Assembly: GCA_045627925.1 (NCBI GenBank)
Contig: JAZQOS010000005.1
Span: 2,900 to 66,899, forward strand
Direction of reading: 5' to 3'
Length of the DNA stretch: 64,000 nucleotides
From: Kiritimatiellia bacterium
Lineage (GTDB): Bacteria > Verrucomicrobiota > Kiritimatiellia > RFP12 > UBA1067
Each line of letters opens with the position of its first letter. Position 1 is the first letter of the stretch. Both the position numbers and the translations under genes were made by a program. The notes under the pieces were generated by a model that was not told the DNA's origin, did not search any database, and worked only from the letters and a program-made list of their open reading frames with translations. This document shows, in pieces, positions 44,301-51,111 of the stretch.

Positions 44301-47208
44301 CGCTTACGTCAAGCTCGGCAAGCTCTACATCGCCGACGTCTTCACCGATCACGACCACATCGACGATACTTGGGAAGTCGGCTTCGACAATCTCGCCGCG
44401 GTCAGCCCCTACGTCTACGACGCCAACAAGGACGCCGACGGCGACGGTTGGACGAACTACGCCGAATTCCAGGCCGACACCGACCCGACTCGGAACGCCT
44501 CGCTCGCCATCGACGGCATCGAAATGGCGCAGTATCCAGTGCCGATCGTCGAGGCGGCGATTACCTACCTCGGCGAGCAGAACGTCAACTGCCCGATCGT
44601 GGTGCAGGCGTGGAATTGCGCCGACGAGAAGAGCCGCACCTTCCAGTCGATTCCCGACGCGAAGTGGACGATTGGCGAAACGAATACGGGCGACAACAAG
44701 CAGGACACCTCCAACACGAACGGCATGGCGAAGACCAAGTTCGTGGGGATGAATCCCGCCAGGGAGATGGTGACCCATCTCTCGCCCGGCAGCGTAATCG
44801 CCGGCTCGTTCGAGATCGAGTTCAAGGATCCGAACTGGTTGGCCGTCGACATGTTGACCGGCCAGGCCTACGTCTATGGCGCCGATAGCGCGACTTGGCA
44901 GACCTTGGTGCACGACTCCATGCGCAACGACAACTCCGGCAAGGGCGACCTCGTCTACGATTTGGACGATATCGTGCTTGGCGAAATCAACTACGCCACC
45001 GGCGCGGTGACCATCGATTTCACCAAGCTGCCGGAGTACGCTCCCTTCATCGGCAATCTCGCCGACACCGGCGCGTCCGATTTGGGCGGGGCGATTAGCT
45101 CGAACATAATGTCCATCCTTACCCTTAATCAGTCGTACGTCAGGATGGCCTGGTCGTCGAAGCCGGTGACTGCGGGCAAGACCTCGGTCTACTACCTCGG
45201 CGACGCCGATCCGCGCAGCGCGGATAACAATTCCGTCGGCCACCTTAAGGAAGGCAAGAACAACTTCATCGTCTTCGCCGATACGATCGACGCGAACGGC
45301 AAGTACGACCCGGGCGAACCGTTCGGCATCGCTTACAACGTGGATGTCGGCTGGAACTACGGCAAGCTCGCGATTGAGCTTACCGACACCAACCCGATCT
45401 TCGCCCGCTATCAGCTTACGACCGGGCTTACCGATCGCGAGACGGCCTACGGAGACACTTACGATGTGATAAAAGGAACCGGTGTGGACGCGCCAGCGAC
45501 GAAGAAGCGGGTCCGGGTGTTCCGTTACGGATCGGCGTTCATCAAGAATGGCACACTTGCGTCGATTGATTACTTGACGACTAATCCAAGCCCCAATCGG
45601 ACGACGATGATGCGCGTATTGATGGACAAAGAACTTGATCTTCGCGAATCGGGTCGCGACTACGTCCATGAGGGTGATTTGGTGGATATCAACAACGGTA
45701 TCTTCGACGCCGATTGGCAGTATCTCGTCGCGGATCACGGCGACAACGACGTCGTTTCGGTCACCTACGCGGTGATGATCGGTGACGAGTCGCTGGAAAC
45801 GCTGACCTCCACCAATAGCGTGGTACTCTCCCGACTGATCAACCGCCGCTTCGACGACAAGAGCCACCGGATGATTCCTTCGCCGGTTTCGCCGGCGCCG
45901 AAGTACGAGACGGTGGTCGCCGACGCTTGCCCGACCTTCAAGTGGTGGTTTGGCGGCACCAACACCAGCTACACCGCGTTCAAGATTAACCTCACGAGTA
46001 CCGACAACAAGTTCAGTTGGACGAGCGACATTCAACTTATGCCGCCCAAGTCCGCCGACGGATACTACACTTGGAAGCTTCCGTTCTGCGTCGGCGCAAT
46101 TACGCCCGACGGCAAGGTCTTCGCCAACAACGCGAAGTACACTTGGAAGGTTTCGGCTTACAACGCCAAGTTCAAGACCGACTCCTACAGTGCGCCGGCG
46201 ACATTCTACATGAACGTTCCGACCGACCAGATCGACTACGGTTCGATCGATGTCGCGGTTAGGTACTTCGGCGCGAGCGATGTCCTAAAGTACAAGAACA
46301 ACAAGATTCGGGTGCAGGCCTTTGCGACGCCGGACTTCTCCGGGACTCCGTCCGCGGAGGGCTATGTTCTCGGCAGCAACGTCTCGCTCGCCGATACGAA
46401 CGAGGTAACGGAGAAGAACGCCGAGTTGATCGGGCTGCCCGCCGGCAACTACTACGTGATGGCCTACATCGACACCAACAACAACGGCAAGCGTGACGAT
46501 TGGGAAAGCTGGGGTTATACTTGCGTCCGCGATCAGCGCGACGGCGTGATCTACACGCCGAAGTCGGTCAAGGTTGGACCCAAGGTCGGCTCCCGCGACT
46601 TGATTACCATCTATCTCGACGATTGCGACACCGATCAGGACGCGTTGCCCGATGCTTGGGAATGGGCGAAGAGCGGTAATCTGACTACCAACGGCGCTAC
46701 CGTCCTCGACCAGCACACTGCCGGTAGTTACGTCTCGGTGAAGGATTTGGTCGGAACATTGGACGACACGACCAAGAAGAATCCGGTCGCGCGCGGCCTC
46801 GCCTCGTTGATGAGCTTCTCGCTAGGCAATCCGATGATGGCCCCGCTCGTAATGGGAGTCGATCCTTCCGCAGTTAATGTTACCGCGAACGGTACGGTCG
46901 AGGTCGACGGCGGCGTCGACGCCGACACCTTCCGCATCACCGGTATCAAGGTGGAGAACGGAAACGTTATCCTCGAGGTCAACGCGAAGGGTGAGGAACC
47001 GTCCACGGACGCGAGCAGCTTCTACGACTATGTGGTCAAGGCAAATTCGACGGTGAAGGTAGCGGTCTACCACACGTCGAGCATGGCCGAGAAGTTCACG
47101 CTTCTTGACACTCTGGATGTAACTATCACCTCCGACGGCGGCGACATCGTAATTCCGATCGAGTCCGGCGCCAGCGGTGAACTATTCTATGCGGAAATTG
47201 TGGAGTAA
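35377..47208 (+). CDS. 3943-aa secreted giant protein: Ig/Calx-like array, DxDxDG (thrombospondin type-3-like) repeats, LamG domain
   Basis: Uninterrupted ORF of 11.8 kb. SD GAGGAG at 35364-35369 lies 7 nt before the ATG at 35377. Signal peptide [25 protein letters not shown]. More than 15 motifs such as [41 protein letters not shown] lie between about 39100 and 46700. The LamG_3 pattern [10 protein letters not shown]...[21 protein letters not shown]...[18 protein letters not shown] is at 42709-43300. Confidence 0.9.
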   Translation: [3943 protein letters not shown]

Positions 47209-47217
47209 CTAAGAATA

Positions 47218-48360
47218 ATGAAAAAGCAGATTCGTAAAGTTCTCGTAGTCAATTCGGGGTCGAGCTCGCTCAAGTATCAGCTCTTTGATATGAAGAGCGA
47301 GACGCGGCTCGCCAAGGGTCTCGTCGAACGCATCGGCGCGGGCGGCCCGAAGAATCACGCCGAAGCGCTCAAGAAGGTGGTCGCCGATCTCGGCGATCAA
47401 GCGAAGGGCATCGACGCCATCGGCCACCGCATCCTGCACGGCGGCGAGGTCTTCACCCAATCGGCGCTCATGACCAAGGCGAACATGGCGAAGGCCAAGA
47501 AGCTCGTGAAGTTCGGCCCCCTGCACATGCCCGCCAACTTGGGCGGCGTGGAAGCGTGCGAGAAGATCTTCAAGGGCGTTCCCAACGTCGGCGTCTTCGA
47601 CACCGCCTTTCATATCGCGACGATGCCCGATTGCGCCGGAATGTACGCGATTGACCCGAAGTACTACAAGAAGTACGGAATCCGCAAATACGGTTTCCAC
47701 GGCACCAGTCACAAGTTCATTACCCAAGCGGCGGCGAGGTTCCTCAAAAAGCCGCTCGCGAAGGTCAACCTCGTAACCTGCCACCTCGGCAACGGTTCTT
47801 CGCTCGCGGCGATTAAGAACGGCGGCGTCGTCGACACTACGATGGGGCTTACCCCGCTCGCGGGTCTCGTTATGGGTACGCGTTGCGGCGACATCGACGC
47901 GGCGGCGGTTTTGTCCATTATGGCGAGCGAAAAGCTTTCGCCCGCGGAAATGGATACGATCCTCAACAAGCAGTCGGGTTTGCAGGCGGTCGGCGGTGTG
48001 AAGGGCGGAGACTGCCGCGATCTTTGCGCCAAGGCCGCGAAGGGCGACAAGGGCGCGGAGCTCGCGCTCGAGATGCTCGCCTATCGCGTTGCCTTGTACA
48101 TCGGCGCGTACAATACGATTATCGGCGGTGCGGACGCGATTATCATGACCGGCGGCATCGGCGAGAACTCCGATGATGTCCGTCGGCGCATTATCAATCG
48201 CCTCGGCGCGCTTGGCATTAAGCTCGATCCTAAGGCGAACAAGGTCCGCGGCGAAATCAAGATCATCTCCGCCAAGGGCTCGAAGATTCCGGTCGTGGTG
48301 TTGCCCACCAACGAAGAACTGATGATCGCCCGCGACACTGTGGAGGTATTGAAGAAATGA
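47218..48360 (+). CDS. ackA: acetate kinase
   Basis: VLVVNSGSSSLKYQLFDM, GHRILHGG, FDTAFH, YGFHGTSH, TCHLGNGSS, IIMTGGIGENS, VLPTNEELMIA. Starts only 9 nt after the giant gene stop. Confidence 0.93.
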   Translation: MKKQIRKVLVVNSGSSSLKYQLFDMKSETRLAKGLVERIGAGGPKNHAEALKKVVADLGDQAKGIDAIGHRILHGGEVFTQSALMTKANMAKAKKLVKFGPLHMPANLGGVEACEKIFKGVPNVGVFDTAFHIATMPDCAGMYAIDPKYYKKYGIRKYGFHGTSHKFITQAAARFLKKPLAKVNLVTCHLGNGSSLAAIKNGGVVDTTMGLTPLAGLVMGTRCGDIDAAAVLSIMASEKLSPAEMDTILNKQSGLQAVGGVKGGDCRDLCAKAAKGDKGAELALEMLAYRVALYIGAYNTIIGGADAIIMTGGIGENSDDVRRRIINRLGALGIKLDPKANKVRGEIKIISAKGSKIPVVVLPTNEELMIARDTVEVLKK

Positions 48361-49394
48361 ACGCTATTAAGAACATCATCGAACGCGCGTCGAAGCTGAA
48401 CGGCACCGTCGTTTTGCCCGAAGGTCAGGATCCGCGCGTCATCACCGCCGCTTGCGCTTGCGTCGATCGCAAGATCGCAACGCCCGTCGTTTTGGGCACG
48501 CCGGCGGAAATCGCGGACGCCGAGGCGAAGGCGGGTCTTAAGCTCGCCGACCGCGGCATCAAGGTAATCGACTACACGCAGGGCGACGCCGAACTCGAAA
48601 AGACCTATCTCGAAGCGTGGAACGCCAAGGAATCGAAGAAGCCCGCGGAGAAGCAGAAGCTTATCGATCTTGCGGGCGCCGAAAAGACTTTGCGTACCAA
48701 GCGCATCTACTTCGGCGGCATGATGGTGAAGCTCGGTCGGGTGAACGGACTCGTCGCCGGCTCGATCGCCTCCACCGGCGACATGCTTCGCGCCGCCTTC
48801 CACACCCTTGGAACTCAGAAGGGCGTGAAGACCGCGTCGAGTTGCTTCATCATCGATCTCAAGACGCCGACCGCCTCGGGCGACGGCGTGCTCGCGTTCG
48901 GAGACTGCGGCGTAATTCCCAACCCGACTGCGGAGCAACTCGTGGACATTGGGCTTGCGACCGCCCAGAGCTACAAGGACCTGACCGGCAACGAGCCTCG
49001 GGTCGCGTATCTTTCCTTCTCCACCAAGGGTAGCGCCGCCGGCGAACTCGTCGAGAAGGTGCAGAAGGCGGTGGAGCTTGCGCGACCGAAGTTCGCCGAG
49101 GCGGGAATCAAGATGGACGGCGAAATGCAGTTCGACGCCGCGATCGTTCCCTCGGTCGGCAAGCAGAAGAATCCCAACGGCGAAATCCAGGGCAACGCCA
49201 ACGTCTTCATCTTCCCCGACCTGCAGGCCGGCAACATCGCCTACAAAGTCGCCCAGCGGATCGGCGGGGCGGACGCGATTGGCCCGAACCTTCAGGGTCT
49301 TGCGAAGGCGATGAACGACTTGTCGCGCGGTTGCAGCGCCGAGGACATCGTCGCGACCGTTTGCGTAACTCTTTTGCAATCGACTACCAAGTGA
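48357..49394 (+). CDS. pta: phosphate acetyltransferase
   Basis: 345 aa. VVLPEGQDPRVITAA N-terminal block. FPDLQAGNIAYKVAQR, GPNLQGLAKAMNDLSRGCSAEDIV. ATGA overlap with ackA. Confidence 0.9.
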   Translation: MNAIKNIIERASKLNGTVVLPEGQDPRVITAACACVDRKIATPVVLGTPAEIADAEAKAGLKLADRGIKVIDYTQGDAELEKTYLEAWNAKESKKPAEKQKLIDLAGAEKTLRTKRIYFGGMMVKLGRVNGLVAGSIASTGDMLRAAFHTLGTQKGVKTASSCFIIDLKTPTASGDGVLAFGDCGVIPNPTAEQLVDIGLATAQSYKDLTGNEPRVAYLSFSTKGSAAGELVEKVQKAVELARPKFAEAGIKMDGEMQFDAAIVPSVGKQKNPNGEIQGNANVFIFPDLQAGNIAYKVAQRIGGADAIGPNLQGLAKAMNDLSRGCSAEDIVATVCVTLLQSTTK

Positions 49395-50377
49395 CCGAGG
49401 AAAGACAGCTTCAGCGCGCCCGCGAGGTTTTCGACGTCGAAATCGAAGGCCTGAGGAAGACTCGCGATTCGCTCGGCGAGAGTTTCGTCAAGGCGATCGC
49501 GATGATGCGCGGAGCGCTCGAAGCGGGCGGTATCGTCGTCGTTACCGGCGTCGGGAAAAATCTGCACGTTGCGGAGAAGATGAGCGCGATTTTCGCCTCC
49601 ACGGGTACGCGCTCGATTGTTCTTAATCCGGTGCAGGCGATGCACGGCGACCTCGGGATGGTCTCTTCGCGCGATATTCTGATCGCGCTTTCCTTCAGCG
49701 GCGAGAGCGACGAGGTGATTCGACTCATTCCGGCGATTCGTCGCCACGGACTCAAGGTCGTCTCGATGACCGGAAACGCCAAGTCGACGCTCGCGAACTT
49801 AAGCGACATCCACATCGAGATTCCCTGCGGCAAGGAGGCGTGTCCTTTCGGGATGGCGCCGACGAATTCCGTAACTGCAACGCTGGCGATGGGCGATGCG
49901 CTGGCGATGGTGATGATCGACGCGCAGGAGTTCAAGATCGAGGAGTACGCGATGAATCATCCAGCGGGCGCGATTGGCCGGGCGTTGGTAATGAAAGTTT
50001 CCGACATTATGCGCACCGGCGAAAAGCTCGCGCTCGTTCATCCCGACGCGACGGTAATGGAAACGGTGATGGCAATGACGGCGGCGAAGGGCGGTGCGGC
50101 GGCGATTGTCGATGACCAGGGCGCGCTCACGGGCTTTTTCACCGACGGCGACTTCCGGCGCGTGATGTCGCAGGGAGGCGGCGACAAGGCGCTTTCGGCG
50201 AAAATCTCGGACTATATGACGAAGAAGCCGTCGTTCGTCTATGACGACGCCTATGCGGCGGAGCTGTTGAAGATTTTCGAAAAGAAGCGCATTGACGACC
50301 TGCCGGTCTGCGATCGCTCGGGCAAGGTCGTGGGGCTGGTGGATATCCAGGATCTGCCCAAGATGAAAGTGTTATAA
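49391..50377 (+). CDS. kdsD: arabinose-5-phosphate isomerase (KpsF/GutQ family; SIS domain plus a CBS pair)
   Basis: The GTG at 49391 overlaps the pta stop (GTGA). SIS block VVVTGVGKNLHVAEKMSAIFASTGTRS, SFSGESDEV. The C-terminal CBS pair ends in DLPVCDRSGKVVGLVDIQDL. Confidence 0.85.
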   Translation: MTEERQLQRAREVFDVEIEGLRKTRDSLGESFVKAIAMMRGALEAGGIVVVTGVGKNLHVAEKMSAIFASTGTRSIVLNPVQAMHGDLGMVSSRDILIALSFSGESDEVIRLIPAIRRHGLKVVSMTGNAKSTLANLSDIHIEIPCGKEACPFGMAPTNSVTATLAMGDALAMVMIDAQEFKIEEYAMNHPAGAIGRALVMKVSDIMRTGEKLALVHPDATVMETVMAMTAAKGGAAAIVDDQGALTGFFTDGDFRRVMSQGGGDKALSAKISDYMTKKPSFVYDDAYAAELLKIFEKKRIDDLPVCDRSGKVVGLVDIQDLPKMKVL

Positions 50378-50394
50378 CGAAAGCGAGGTACAAA

Positions 50395-51093
50395 ATGAAG
50401 AAGTTGATGGTAGGCGCGGTAGTGGCGATGGCGGCGATGGCGACATTGGCGGCGACCCGCGGCAAGCAAAAGGCAATGGCGGGCAATGACGAAATGGAGA
50501 CGACGGGCAAGGCGGCGAAGATTCTCGTCGAACAGGTCCAACTCGGTCAGGGCGCGCTTGCGATGGCGCCGAACATCAACGGACTCAAAGAATTCTTCAA
50601 GAAGCCGCGCCAGTGGATCGTCCTCAAGACCAAGTACACTACTTTCGGCACCGACGAATCGCGCTTCCTTGATCAGCTTACCTTTACTTGGCACGTCCTC
50701 TTGGAAACCAAGACCGCGAAGGAGAACAAGGGCAATCGCGAAGGTCTTTCGCCCTACAGCTACTTCACGACGACCGTTACCTATTTCAACATCCCGGCCG
50801 GCTCCCACGGAGCGTCGGTGGTGTTGCCGCCGTCGTATCTTGAGCGCTACGGCGAGCCCAAGGCGGTCGGACTTGAAATTTCCAATGAGAAGGGCGATAC
50901 CTTGGGCGGAGATTGCTGGAGCGAGATTAAGGGTATCGAGACGGGGACGAAGTTCTGGGAAGACGCGCAAATCATGAATGCCAAGACCGAAGACGGCAAC
51001 CCCATGATTGAGCGCCGTCAGGGTCTCGTCGATCGCTCCAAGACGATTTGGGGTCTCGTTTGCCCGGACGACTACGAGGCGACGATCCAGTAA
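50395..51093 (+). CDS. secreted hypothetical protein, first gene of the pilus-like operon (positional equivalent of Akkermansia Amuc_1102)
   Basis: 232 aa. Signal-like N-terminus MKKLMVGAVVAMAAMATLAA. SD gaggt upstream. The function call rests on position only. Confidence 0.6.
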   Translation: MKKLMVGAVVAMAAMATLAATRGKQKAMAGNDEMETTGKAAKILVEQVQLGQGALAMAPNINGLKEFFKKPRQWIVLKTKYTTFGTDESRFLDQLTFTWHVLLETKTAKENKGNREGLSPYSYFTTTVTYFNIPAGSHGASVVLPPSYLERYGEPKAVGLEISNEKGDTLGGDCWSEIKGIETGTKFWEDAQIMNAKTEDGNPMIERRQGLVDRSKTIWGLVCPDDYEATIQ

Positions 51094-51111
51094 ATTGATT
51101 TCGGAGAAACC

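Noticed and set aside
39388-46035. Very long minus-strand ORFs (39388..42330, 980 aa; 42415..46035, 1206 aa) opposite the giant gene
   Set aside because: They fully overlap a + strand ORF with clear domain motifs (TSP3-like, LamG). Their translations are Arg/Gly/Val/Ala-rich with no motifs. These are typical shadow ORFs of a high-GC coding region with GC-rich third positions.
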